Assembly (NCBI GenBank): GCA_037444445.1
Contig: JBBIMK010000003.1
Location: forward strand, 28,472 to 60,471
Reading direction: 5' to 3'
Source: a bacterium
GTDB lineage: Bacteria; UBP7; UBA6624; JBBIMK01
Length of the DNA: 32,000 nt
Made by a program: the position numbers and the translations under genes. The notes under the pieces are model-generated. The model saw nothing but the letters and a program-made list of their open reading frames with translations. It was not told the origin of the DNA and did no database searches. Positions 16,976 to 26,020 of the stretch are shown here, one piece after another (the stretch's first letter is position 1; every line of letters starts with the position of its first letter).

Positions 16976-17109
16976 CTGGAATTATATCCTGCCACGCCCC
17001 GCAAAAATTCGCAACGGCGTCTGCAAAACCCTGAGAGGTGACGGGGGGATGAAGTCTGCCCTATGAATGACTGAACCATAGAGTCACCGGGTTATCGTAT
17101 AATAAAAGC

Positions 17110-17337
17110 GTGATAGAACAGAGGAAGTTCGTGAGGGTTCGGAAGGGGAAAATAATTCTGGGATTGTGTGGAGGGCTGGCGAAATACTGGGGTCAAGACC
17201 CCGCATTGGTTCGCTTCTTCTGGCTTGCTTTTACCCTTCTTCTCACGGGTTATAGCCCGGGTATGGGGTTCTTGTGGGTTCTTTTCTATTTTCTTTCCCC
17301 TCTTTTTATTCCATCAGCAGATGAAAGTGCTTCATAA
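17110..17337 (+). CDS. PspC-domain membrane protein
   Basis: GKIILGLCGGLAKYWGQDPALVRFFWL followed by a TM segment is the PspC domain signature. TATAAT at 17098-17103 and GAGGAAG before an in-frame GTG at 17131 suggest the real start may be 17131. Confidence 0.7.
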   Translation: MIEQRKFVRVRKGKIILGLCGGLAKYWGQDPALVRFFWLAFTLLLTGYSPGMGFLWVLFYFLSPLFIPSADESAS

Positions 17338-18409
17338 GATTTTGCAAACGGTGTGGTCGTTCTGGGCTATATTCAGACGGCAAAGCCATCGGATTGAGTG
17401 TTTCACAAAAAAAATTGGACACTTCTGGATTCGGAGATATACCCTTATCTGGACTGCCTGGATATTTTTCCTGTGGCACTCCTCTGCGTGGGGATATAAT
17501 TTTTACTTTCCCCCTTATACATATTTATCCACAAAGAACGCTGGCACAGGCGGAGTTTTCTCACCCCTGACAGGGAATCCGGAAGTGATTTTTGAGAATC
17601 CTGCTTCCATTGCCTGCGTCAGGCGACGGTTCTCCTATTCTCACAGTATGAGGCATTTTCCCGGGAAGATAAGGAATTTAGACCAGTTGGATGCAGATTC
17701 CGTGGCTCTTGTGTCTCATTTTACATTTCTCTCTTTGGGGCTGGGATTTACGGTAGCAGGTGAGTTAGGCTATGACTATCTCGTCCGGAATGATGTGGTT
17801 TTTCCTGAGGAGAAGATAGAAGGAAGAGAAGAGGTGCGAGCCCTCTCTATGGGTGGTTGCTGGCTGGCTTCTGGAAGGAGCGAACGCCATTTTCATTATC
17901 GCATCCGCAAGCCCAATTATTCCATAAAAGAAACGGATGGAATTACATCCACTGTGGGGAAAGTTTTTCACCCCCTGCCCTGGCTTTCATTTTCCCGAAG
18001 TGCGGAAAGAGGAATCGGAAACCCCCTGAAATTTTTTTCTGTGAAGGCTTCAACACGCCCGGATGGAGGAGTGAGCACACCTGGCTTGCAAACAAGACAA
18101 CGCCAGAACTGGTCCATTAAACTTTTTCCCTGGTGGCTCTGGAGCAGTGCCAGAGAGAGGAGAGACTATGTTCTATCTGGATTCCCCATCCAATCAATGG
18201 AAGAGGTATTCCTCGGTTCAGAAATAAAAATTTTCGGTATCACTCTGAGAGTGGGCAAATGGAATGGTCATCCCACGACTGGCTTTTCTCTCCCCTGGGG
18301 GTGGGGGTCCCTGGATTACGCCGAGGTGAAAGATGTGCTATCGGACATCACGGACACTCCTTTGCCCTATTTCCGGGATGTCCACATGGGGGGTTTTACT
18401 CTAAGATAA
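17321..18409 (+). CDS. Hypothetical envelope protein, possibly an outer-membrane beta-barrel
   Basis: I start it at ATG 17321, overlapping the pspC-domain gene by 17 nt; the track's 17168 start runs through that gene. It has a hydrophobic N-terminal segment ending SSAWG. NAGTGGVFSPLTGNPEVIFENPASIA resembles the N-terminal motif of PorV/FadL-like barrels (weak, by eye). Confidence 0.5.
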   Translation: MKVLHKILQTVWSFWAIFRRQSHRIECFTKKIGHFWIRRYTLIWTAWIFFLWHSSAWGYNFYFPPYTYLSTKNAGTGGVFSPLTGNPEVIFENPASIACVRRRFSYSHSMRHFPGKIRNLDQLDADSVALVSHFTFLSLGLGFTVAGELGYDYLVRNDVVFPEEKIEGREEVRALSMGGCWLASGRSERHFHYRIRKPNYSIKETDGITSTVGKVFHPLPWLSFSRSAERGIGNPLKFFSVKASTRPDGGVSTPGLQTRQRQNWSIKLFPWWLWSSARERRDYVLSGFPIQSMEEVFLGSEIKIFGITLRVGKWNGHPTTGFSLPWGWGSLDYAEVKDVLSDITDTPLPYFRDVHMGGFTLR

Positions 18410-18445
18410 ACAATTTTGACCCCGAGGTGCGAAGGAGGAAAGAGT

Positions 18446-20083
18446 ATGCTCCAGTATGAAACCTGGGAAAAAGAGGTGTTAGAACCTTTTATAAGACGCT
18501 TTCCAGAGCGAAAGAAAGAATTTCTCACTCCATCAAAGGTCCCGGTTAAAACGGTTTATTGTTCCAGAGATTTGAGCCCATTTGAGGAAGAACGGGACCT
18601 GTCCTTTCCAGGCTCTTATCCTTTCACTCGGGGAATTTATCCCACTTTATATCGGGGTCGGCTCTGGACTATGCGCCAGTATGCGGGATTTGGAACGGCG
18701 GATGAAACCAACCAGCGCTATCGGAAATTACTCAAAAAGGGGCAAACCGGGCTCTCTGTGGCTTTTGATTTACCCACTCAGATGGGGCTGGATTCCAATG
18801 ACCCGATGGCTCGTGGTGAAGTCGGCAGAACGGGTGTGGCTATCTCTTCTGTGGAAGATATGGAGCGCCTGTTCCGGGATATTCCCCTGAATAAAGTGAG
18901 CGTTTCTATGACCATCAACGCTACTGCATCCATTCTCTGGTGTATGTACCTGTATTTAGCAGAGCAGCGAGGGATTTCCTGGAAATCCTTACAGGGCACT
19001 ATCCAGAACGATATTCTGAAGGAATATATTGCTCGTGGGACTTACATTTATCCCCCGGAGCCTTCTCTTTCGCTGGTGGTGGATGCCATAGAGTTCGGGC
19101 TTCGTTATGTTCCTGCGTGGCATCCCATATCCATTAGTGGATATCATATACGGGAAGCAGGTGCCACGGCGGTTCAGGAAATGGCATTCACGCTGGGGAA
19201 TGCGATTGCCTATGTGGAAGGGGCGAGAAAGCGAGGGCTGGCGATAGATGCCTTCGCTCCACGAATATCCTTCTTTTTCGCTTCCCATAACTATGTTTTG
19301 GAGGAGGTTGCGAAATTCCGCGCTCTCCGACGGATGTGGGCAGGATTGATGAAAGAGCGATTCGGTGCCGGCGACCCAGAATCTATGAAACTGAGGTTCC
19401 ATGTTCAAACCGCCGGCTCCACACTCACACTTCAACAACCTTTGAACAATATCGTTCGGGTTACACTCCAGGCGCTTGCCGCTGTTCTCGGTGGTGCCCA
19501 GTCCCTTCACACGAATGCTTATGATGAAGCCATCGCCCTTCCCACAGAAGCCTCCGCTACCATTGCCCTCCGGACCCAGCAAATCCTTGCCTGCGAAGCG
19601 GGAATCGGGGACACGGTGGACCCCCTCGGCGGGTCGTATTTCCTGGAATCCCTCACCCGCACACTGGAAGAAAAAGCCCAACAATACCTCCTCAAAATTC
19701 AACAAAAGGGGGGAATGCTGGAAGCCATCAAATCTGGCTTCATACAGCAAGAAATCGCTAACAGCGCCTACGAGCGACAACGAAAAATAGAACAGGGCAG
19801 TGAAATTCTTGTAGGTGTGAACGCATTTCAGGAGAAGAGGAAGGTCAAAATCCCTCACTTGAAAATACGCCCGGAGGTGGAGGAAAAACAGACTCGCCGC
19901 TTGAAAGCCTTCATCCGAAATCGTGAATCCCGGGCGTTAATCGGTGCTCTGCGCAGTTTGAAAAAAAGTGCGCGGGAGAGAGTGAATTTACTGCCTGCCA
20001 TCTATTCTGCGGTGAAGGCCCACGCCACCGTGGGGGAAATTTCCTCCGTCTTACGAGAGGTCTATGGCTCTTATCGTCCATAA
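18446..20083 (+). CDS. Methylmalonyl-CoA/acyl-CoA mutase large (catalytic TIM-barrel) subunit, no B12-binding domain
   Basis: FPGSYPFTRGIYPTLYRGRLWTMRQYAGFGTADETNQRY, GLSVAFDLPTQMGLDSD and NDILKEYIARGTYIYPP are canonical MCM N-terminal domain sequences. ATG 18446 is preceded by GAAGGAGGAA, so I prefer it to the track's TTG at 18416. Confidence 0.92.
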   Translation: MLQYETWEKEVLEPFIRRFPERKKEFLTPSKVPVKTVYCSRDLSPFEEERDLSFPGSYPFTRGIYPTLYRGRLWTMRQYAGFGTADETNQRYRKLLKKGQTGLSVAFDLPTQMGLDSNDPMARGEVGRTGVAISSVEDMERLFRDIPLNKVSVSMTINATASILWCMYLYLAEQRGISWKSLQGTIQNDILKEYIARGTYIYPPEPSLSLVVDAIEFGLRYVPAWHPISISGYHIREAGATAVQEMAFTLGNAIAYVEGARKRGLAIDAFAPRISFFFASHNYVLEEVAKFRALRRMWAGLMKERFGAGDPESMKLRFHVQTAGSTLTLQQPLNNIVRVTLQALAAVLGGAQSLHTNAYDEAIALPTEASATIALRTQQILACEAGIGDTVDPLGGSYFLESLTRTLEEKAQQYLLKIQQKGGMLEAIKSGFIQQEIANSAYERQRKIEQGSEILVGVNAFQEKRKVKIPHLKIRPEVEEKQTRRLKAFIRNRESRALIGALRSLKKSARERVNLLPAIYSAVKAHATVGEISSVLREVYGSYRP

Positions 20084-20131
20084 CTTCTCTCCACGGGTTT
20101 GCGAACCGAGGAATCCCCGCGGTGTTTTAAT

Positions 20132-21004
20132 CTATTGGACTGAGTAGAATCCCTGAGATTCCAGAGCGCTCAGAACAAGGAAGGTGGTGAGTTCAGGATT
20201 TCGTTTTCCCCAGGAGCCGTCCGGGTTCTGGCTCTGAATGAGCGATGGAATGGCTTTTTCTACTTGCTTTCGCGCAGAGGGCAGGGGGCTTTGAGCCACT
20301 GCGTGGAGTGTGTGGTAAAAGTAGGGCGTGCCGAGCCATCGCCCATTGCGACCCTGCTTTTTTCCCAGATACTCCAGTGCCAGAGCGGTTTGACCGGAAG
20401 TTTTCATTACCGGATGCGCTGTGTAGGCTTTCAATATATTGGTAGAGCAGGGGATGGAACACCACACTCCCTGCCGAACCTTGAGAACCTGATTCAGAGA
20501 TTGAAATGCCATTTCCACTCTTGGCTCGTTTTCCTGGTGCAAAAGGGAGGCGAAAAAAATGGCTATACCCGTCTTAAAAAAGCCAGAGCATCCTGGATTA
20601 AAAGGTATATCCGAAGCGGAATTCATTTCCTCCCGCTCCTGCCGGCTCATTTTGAAGAAAAGATGATGGTAAGGTGCTCCATCGCTGGCAATGCGACGCA
20701 TCGGTGCATAGTTCTTCTCCAGAAGCCACGCCAGTGCTTCCCGCTGTTCCTCCAGAACCTTATCCATTAAGAGCCAGAGGTGAAAAAGGTTCCGGCAGGT
20801 CTGGGTGACGGAGTGATTCCAGGAGCCGTCCAGATTCTGACGATATAAAATATAGTCCGCCCATTTTTCGCCAGTTCTTCTTAATTTCAGAGCATCTTCT
20901 TTTCTCCATCTCTGGCGAGCGAACACCCCAATGGGAGATAAACTCTGCTGGTAAATCCGGGTGGGGTCTCTGGGAAATAAATCCTGCCAGGGATTTATTC
21001 TCAT
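20132..21004 (-). CDS. Prenyltransferase/squalene-oxidase repeat (alpha/alpha-toroid) protein
   Basis: Three QW-like repeats: ADYILYRQNLDGSW, LEYLGKKQGRNGRW and IPSLIQSQNPDGSWG. No signal peptide. It starts 5 nt after the upstream gene's stop. Confidence 0.65.
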   Translation of the reverse strand: MRINPWQDLFPRDPTRIYQQSLSPIGVFARQRWRKEDALKLRRTGEKWADYILYRQNLDGSWNHSVTQTCRNLFHLWLLMDKVLEEQREALAWLLEKNYAPMRRIASDGAPYHHLFFKMSRQEREEMNSASDIPFNPGCSGFFKTGIAIFFASLLHQENEPRVEMAFQSLNQVLKVRQGVWCSIPCSTNILKAYTAHPVMKTSGQTALALEYLGKKQGRNGRWLGTPYFYHTLHAVAQSPLPSARKQVEKAIPSLIQSQNPDGSWGKRNPELTTFLVLSALESQGFYSVQ

Positions 21005-21009
21005 TATTA

Positions 21010-22182
21010 CTACAGGTATTTTTTCAGCACAGTCTCCAGGGTTTCCTTGTCCAGAAAGCCGATATGCTTCAGGACGATGGTTCCGTTTTTATCTATCAGG
21101 AAGGAGCGGGGGAGGGAACGTTCACCTTCGCCCAGCACATCGTTCACATATTCCTTCTCGTCCAGCATCAGGGGATAATCTATATCCATTTCTTGAGCGA
21201 AGCGGCGAATTGCGTCTTCATCTGTTTGTTCCGCTACGCCCACGATTTCAAAGCCATCCTTCCGGTATTGATGGTATAACTCTACGAAATCGGGCATCTC
21301 GGTTCGGCAGGGAACGCACCAGGGTGCCCAGAAATTCACCAGCAGCACTTTACCCTTATAGTCATACAATCGTTTCTGCGTGCCATCCAGAAATTGAAAT
21401 GTTACATCCGGTGCCAGTTTTCCTTCCGTCGTTCCCACATTAACCTTGAGATTTTTCGTGAGAGAAAGTTCTAATTCTGAGGGGGGGAGTTTAGAGGAAA
21501 TCACATATAGTTTGCCGGTCATCATCAACCCCCCTACAGCCATCAATAGTAGCCCTGCCAGCACTTCTACAATTCTCAGTCCCCGCTTGTATCGTGCAAA
21601 GAAGGTGAGGAAGGCGTTCAGAAAAACGCCCGTGAGAAGAAAAGGAATCCCCAGTCCGAGGGAATACGCAATCAGGAGGAACACGCCTTTGGCCACCGTG
21701 CTTTGAGAGGCGGCGAGGGTCAAAATCCCCGCCAGTATGGGACCAACGCACGGACTCCATCCAAAAGCGAACAGACTGCCGGTAAGGAAAATTCCCGCCG
21801 GGTGTAGACCTCCGCTGGTTTGCCAGCGTGCCCGCTTTTCCATCATCAAGAATGGAATCCGAAACACCCCGACGGTGTGAAGCCCCAGGAGAATCAATAT
21901 TCCCCCCGCCAGCATGCTGAACTCCTTCTGATGGCTTTTCAACACCGTTCCCACCGCAGAAGCAGAAGCCCCCAGAAGGGAGAACACCACGGTAAATCCG
22001 AGAACAAATAATACCCCGTGAAACAGAGTGCTTTTCAAAAGACCTTTCTTCTCTTTCAGTTCCTGCAGTGTGCCTCCTGAAATCAGGGCGAGATAACCCG
22101 GCACCAGCGGTAGGACGCAGGGGGAAAGGAAGGAGAGAATCCCTCCAGCACCTGCCAGAAAAAATGCCCATTTACCCTCCAT
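21010..22182 (-). CDS. ccdA: CcdA/DsbD-type thiol:disulfide transporter fused to a TlpA/ResA-like thioredoxin domain
   Basis: The N-terminal polytopic region has LSFLSPCVLPLVPGY and FGWSPCVGPIL (DsbD_2 Cys motifs). The C-terminal domain has LVNFWAPWCVPCRTEMP (WCxxC thioredoxin fold). Confidence 0.88.
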   Translation of the reverse strand: MEGKWAFFLAGAGGILSFLSPCVLPLVPGYLALISGGTLQELKEKKGLLKSTLFHGVLFVLGFTVVFSLLGASASAVGTVLKSHQKEFSMLAGGILILLGLHTVGVFRIPFLMMEKRARWQTSGGLHPAGIFLTGSLFAFGWSPCVGPILAGILTLAASQSTVAKGVFLLIAYSLGLGIPFLLTGVFLNAFLTFFARYKRGLRIVEVLAGLLLMAVGGLMMTGKLYVISSKLPPSELELSLTKNLKVNVGTTEGKLAPDVTFQFLDGTQKRLYDYKGKVLLVNFWAPWCVPCRTEMPDFVELYHQYRKDGFEIVGVAEQTDEDAIRRFAQEMDIDYPLMLDEKEYVNDVLGEGERSLPRSFLIDKNGTIVLKHIGFLDKETLETVLKKYL

Positions 22183-22240
22183 TTCCTCTCACCTCTAATT
22201 TTATCATACCATAGAGTTCAAAGGCTCTCCGTAAGATTCC

Positions 22241-22441
22241 TTACATTTTCTGCATTCTGTTTTCCACCTCAATGAAGGGTATTCTTTCTTTGCCGCCATT
22301 GGATATGGAGTGAAGTAACATATCCAGGGCTTTGCAAGCAGGGCGAGGCGTCTCCATCACGATTTTCCCCCGCTCGGTGAATGAGGCCGAGATTTCAGGG
22401 CGCAGGATTCCCGTTACAAAATCCCCAAAAAACATTGGCAA
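22241..22441 (-). CDS. Hypothetical small protein (64-66 aa), weak call
   Basis: TTG start (ATG two codons later) and no SD. It fills the gap between two co-directional genes. No motif recognised. Confidence 0.3.
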   Translation of the reverse strand: MPMFFGDFVTGILRPEISASFTERGKIVMETPRPACKALDMLLHSISNGGKERIPFIEVENRMQKM

Positions 22442-22459
22442 GCCGTAACAGCAGGCGGC

Positions 22460-22825
22460 TTATTGCCCGGTAGAACCCGGGCGATGGAACACCCGGGCGT
22501 GAGTAACATCTTCCTTTTTCGTTCGTGCTTCGTCAGCGATTTTTCGGGCAGTGGATATGAGGCTGGAATTCCGTAAGCGATGAGCTCGGCGGCGGATGCG
22601 CTGGTATAGACGCTCTGCACGGCGAAAGCGCCCAACGCTGATGTAACACCGGGCGGCTTTTAATAACTCCTCCGCCCACGAATCCCAGTTCTGCAGTTTG
22701 GCGCAATACCGAGCGGAGCGAAGATAACACTGCCCTGCTTCCTCGGGATGAACCTGCTGTTTTCGCTCCGCCACTGCATCCCAGTATCTCGCCCTCTTCA
22801 GCCTGAACTCTTCTTTATTTATCAT
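22460..22825 (-). CDS. Hypothetical helical protein (121 aa)
   Basis: The heptad-like, Arg/Ala-rich sequence looks like helical repeats (AGQCYLRSARYCAKLQNWDSWAEELLKAARCYISVGRFRRAERLY). No family recognised. Confidence 0.5.
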   Translation of the reverse strand: MINKEEFRLKRARYWDAVAERKQQVHPEEAGQCYLRSARYCAKLQNWDSWAEELLKAARCYISVGRFRRAERLYQRIRRRAHRLRNSSLISTARKIADEARTKKEDVTHARVFHRPGSTGQ

Positions 22826-22927
22826 TTCACTTTCGTTCTAAAATCTAATTTTATACCGACTTTAAGAAAGGATTTCTCTATCCTTCTTTCCTGTTGGCTA
22901 TTGCCTTTTCTTTCGTGCTTCTTCCTT

Positions 22928-23377
22928 TTACAATTTGCTGACCTTCAGGTCGATGAGAGCGGAGACGCCGACGCCTTTCACCCGTGCCGCATCGCTGAAT
23001 TTCCTGGCGCTGATGGGCACAAGGAGTTTGATGCGAGCATCCCCCACGGTGCTTTCTACCTGTGCCACCACCTTCACTTTTTCCACCAGTTCTTTGGGAC
23101 CTGTCACCTGGGCAGCGCCAGAATAAAATCCCTTCCCGCCGGAAATGATGGGCACCACTTTCGTTGCCTCTTTCACTTCAATCTTTTTATTCTGCAATAG
23201 GGTATTGATGGCTTTGTTAATCTCGTCGCCATAGTTTTTGACTATCACCGCAATGCCACCGCCCTTCAAGATGTCGCCCAGGTTAACGCCATGACTCACC
23301 GTGGGAACAAGAAGGGCGAGGAAAAGTGGAAAGAGCAGAGCGAAAACACTCAGAAGCCTTTTCCTCTTTCGGTTCAT
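22928..23377 (-). CDS. Secreted small protein, paralog A (149 aa), unknown family
   Basis: Signal peptide MNRKRKRLLSVFALLFPLFLALLVPTVSHG. GAGGAGGAG SD. The C-terminal ~75 aa are clearly similar to the upstream neighbour (shared VP..S.G.G...G..QV.GPKE.VEKVK.VA..E, LVPI, DLKVS). Confidence 0.7.
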   Translation of the reverse strand: MNRKRKRLLSVFALLFPLFLALLVPTVSHGVNLGDILKGGGIAVIVKNYGDEINKAINTLLQNKKIEVKEATKVVPIISGGKGFYSGAAQVTGPKELVEKVKVVAQVESTVGDARIKLLVPISARKFSDAARVKGVGVSALIDLKVSKL

Positions 23378-23390
23378 TTTTTCTCCTCCT

Positions 23391-23759
23391 CTAAGAGACT
23401 TTCAAATCCACCACGCCGGAAACAGCTACGAAGGGAACTCGCGTGATGTTCTCTACAATCTTCTCCGTTTCAATGGGGACGAGGGCTCGGTAGCGGACTA
23501 AATCCCTGTAATCTCCTTCTATGGCCGCTACCGCTTTCACCTTCTCCACATATTCTTTCGGCCCGCTCACCTGAACCAGTCCGATGCGAATTCCATCGCC
23601 CACGCTGAGGACGGGAACGATTTTATTGGCCACCTCCACCGGTTTCTTTTCCGGCTGAGTAGAATTGATGCTGTTGCCACCGGAAGTGGATATATTCGCC
23701 AGAGTCAATACGCATAAAATCAGAAACAAAAATTGTGGAATGGGTTTCACTCTCCTCAC
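23391..23759 (-). CDS. Secreted small protein, paralog B (~119-122 aa), unknown family
   Basis: Hydrophobic N-terminus (KPIPQFLFLILCVLTLANIS). The track start is GTG 23759. That GTG sits inside GGAGGTGAGGAG, so the second GTG at 23750 is the likelier start. Confidence 0.7.
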   Translation of the reverse strand: MRRVKPIPQFLFLILCVLTLANISTSGGNSINSTQPEKKPVEVANKIVPVLSVGDGIRIGLVQVSGPKEYVEKVKAVAAIEGDYRDLVRYRALVPIETEKIVENITRVPFVAVSGVVDLKVS

Positions 23760-23769
23760 CTCCAGTTTT

Positions 23770-23798
23770 ATTTTATCATCTATGGCGTATTCTGTTCA
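23770..23798 (-). promoter_or_regulatory. Candidate extended -10 promoter for the paralog pair
   Basis: Minus strand: TGAACA (23798-23793), 17-nt spacer ending TGa, TAAAAT (23775-23770). It sits between the aconitase stop and paralog B. Pattern match only. Confidence 0.3.
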
Positions 23799-23872
23799 TT
23801 CGCATAGCAATGCGTGAGTAAAAATTCCATCGGAGAAAGGTGGAAAGGGGGGTAGAAAAAACTCCCGAGAAT

Positions 23873-25795
23873 TTAAGTGAGGTGGAGTTTGGCATAAGGG
23901 AGGCTGCCGCCGGCTTTGACAATTTCCCAATCTCTTGCATTGAGAACAGGAATCACGGGGATGTCTACTTTCTTCGTGAGATTTTTCAGAATGAGGGCAG
24001 AGTTCAGGGTTTTGGGAAGATGGCACTGGAGAAAATCTCCTACATCGATTTTGACATAATCAGCCGGATTGGCAAACTTCAGGGGGAGGATACCGAAGTT
24101 CACGAGGTTAGCCAGATGGATGCGTGCGAAGGATTTGACAATGACCGCTTTGACACCGAGAAATTTTGGAGCCAGGGCGGCGTGCTCTCGGCTGGACCCC
24201 TGCCCGTAGTTCTCTCCCCCGATGATGAATCCCCCCCCTTTCTCCTTCGCTCTCCTTACGAATCCCGGGTCCAGACCGGCGAAAACATAATCCGATATGG
24301 CAGGGAGATTAGAGCGGAGAGGGAGGATTTTTGCCCCTGCCGGCAGAATATGGTCGGTGGAGATATTGTCGCCCACTTTCATGAGAACCTCTCCGTCCAG
24401 AACTTCCGGAAGGGGGAACATCTGGGGCAGAGATTTAATGTTGGGTCCTTTTCGGACCTCCACCTCCTCCGGGTGAGAGGAAGGGGGGAGAATCATGCTA
24501 TCGTCCACGAGATATTTTTCAGGCAGTGGAGGGCGGGAGTATGGGACGCCCAGGTCTCTCGGGTCTGTAATTTCACCGGCGATGGCACAGGCGGCGCAGA
24601 CCTCGGGGCTGGCTAAATATACTCGTGCATCTTTCGTTCCCGCTCGCCCCTCAAAATTCCGATTATAAGACCGGATGGCGACTCCACCGGAGGAAGGAGC
24701 AAAGCCCATGCCAATGCAAGGACCGCAGGCAGACTCCAGAATCCGGAAGCCGCTGGCGATAAAGTCCGCCAGCGCACCGTTGGCAGCAATCATATTCAAT
24801 ACCTGGCGAGAGCCCGGAGTGAGAGCGGCGCTCACCCGGGGATGAACGCTCCGCCCCTTCATCATTCCCGCCACTATCATCAGGTCGGTAAATGAAGAGT
24901 TCGTGCAAGAGCCGATGGCCACCTGGTCCACCGGCAACCCCTTCACTTCCCTGACCTTTACCACATTGTCCGGTGAATGGGGGCGGGCTATCAACGGCTC
25001 CAGACTGCTCAGGTCCATTTCTATCCGCTCCTGGTATTCCGCATCTCCATCCGGATACAGGGGAATCCACTCGCTTTCCCGCCCCTGACGCTTGAGATAA
25101 TCCTTTGTTATTTCATCGGAAGGGAAAATAGAAGTGGTGGCGCCGAGTTCTGCTCCCATGTTGGTAATCGTGGAGCGTTCAGGAACGGTGAGAGAGCGGA
25201 TACCCTCGCCGTAATATTCAAAAATTTTCCCGGTGCCGCCCTTCACTGTCAGCCTGCGAAGAAGTTCTAAGATGATGTCTTTGGCAGAAACAAAGGGCTG
25301 GAGTTTTCCAGTGAGTTTTACGCCCACGATTTTCGGCATCGTCAGGTAGAACGGCTGACCCGCCATGGCGAGAGCCACATCCAGCCCACCAGCGCCGATG
25401 GCAAGCATTCCCATACCTCCTGCGGTAGGCGAGTGAGAATCCGCCCCGAGGAGAACTTTCCCGGGCACCGCAAACCTTTCCAGATACACCTGATGGCATA
25501 TCCCGTTACCGGGTCGGGAGTAAGTCATCCCATATTTCGCCGCAAAGGTTTGCAAAAATATGTGGTCATCCGGGTTCTCAAAGCCTACCTGAAGCATATT
25601 ATGGTCCACGAAAACCACACAAGGAGCCGTCTTTACCCTCGGCAAGCCCAGGGCTTCAAATTCCAGGCATGCCATTGTGCCCGTAGCATCCTGCAACAGC
25701 GTGCTGTCCACTTGTATGCCCACCGTCTCGCCGGGTTCCAGATACCCTTCCACAAGATGTGTCTCGAAAATTTTATGTGTTATTGTTTTTCCCAT
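23873..25795 (-). CDS. Aconitate hydratase family protein (~640-aa short form with fused swivel domain)
   Basis: VDSTLLQDATG, GADSHSPTAGG, IGSCTNSS and CGPCIGMG (Fe-S ligands), plus C-terminal GENYGQGSSREHAA. Substrate (aconitate versus homoaconitate or isopropylmalate) cannot be fixed from sequence by eye. Confidence 0.92.
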   Translation of the reverse strand: MGKTITHKIFETHLVEGYLEPGETVGIQVDSTLLQDATGTMACLEFEALGLPRVKTAPCVVFVDHNMLQVGFENPDDHIFLQTFAAKYGMTYSRPGNGICHQVYLERFAVPGKVLLGADSHSPTAGGMGMLAIGAGGLDVALAMAGQPFYLTMPKIVGVKLTGKLQPFVSAKDIILELLRRLTVKGGTGKIFEYYGEGIRSLTVPERSTITNMGAELGATTSIFPSDEITKDYLKRQGRESEWIPLYPDGDAEYQERIEMDLSSLEPLIARPHSPDNVVKVREVKGLPVDQVAIGSCTNSSFTDLMIVAGMMKGRSVHPRVSAALTPGSRQVLNMIAANGALADFIASGFRILESACGPCIGMGFAPSSGGVAIRSYNRNFEGRAGTKDARVYLASPEVCAACAIAGEITDPRDLGVPYSRPPLPEKYLVDDSMILPPSSHPEEVEVRKGPNIKSLPQMFPLPEVLDGEVLMKVGDNISTDHILPAGAKILPLRSNLPAISDYVFAGLDPGFVRRAKEKGGGFIIGGENYGQGSSREHAALAPKFLGVKAVIVKSFARIHLANLVNFGILPLKFANPADYVKIDVGDFLQCHLPKTLNSALILKNLTKKVDIPVIPVLNARDWEIVKAGGSLPYAKLHLT

Positions 25796-26020
25796 ACGGA
25801 TTCACCATGATAATTTTAGCAGATGAAAAAGCCGGTGAACATAGGTTTCGCAGAGGGCTCAAAAGAACGATGAGGAGTGGATGCCTCCCGCTGGTGCAAC
25901 AGGCAAGGTGCAATACACAACTCACCTTCCTTTTATCCAGGGGGAAAGGGCGGTTTTATACCCATTGAAATTCAGCAAGTTTGAGGCGATAAAAAAGGGA
26001 TACAAAAGCCCAATCCCGTT

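Noticed and set aside
17525-17533. Perfect DnaA-box 9-mer TTATCCACA
   Set aside because: It is a single occurrence inside a coding region. One chance match to a 9-mer on either strand of 32 kb is not unexpected, and no neighbouring boxes occur.
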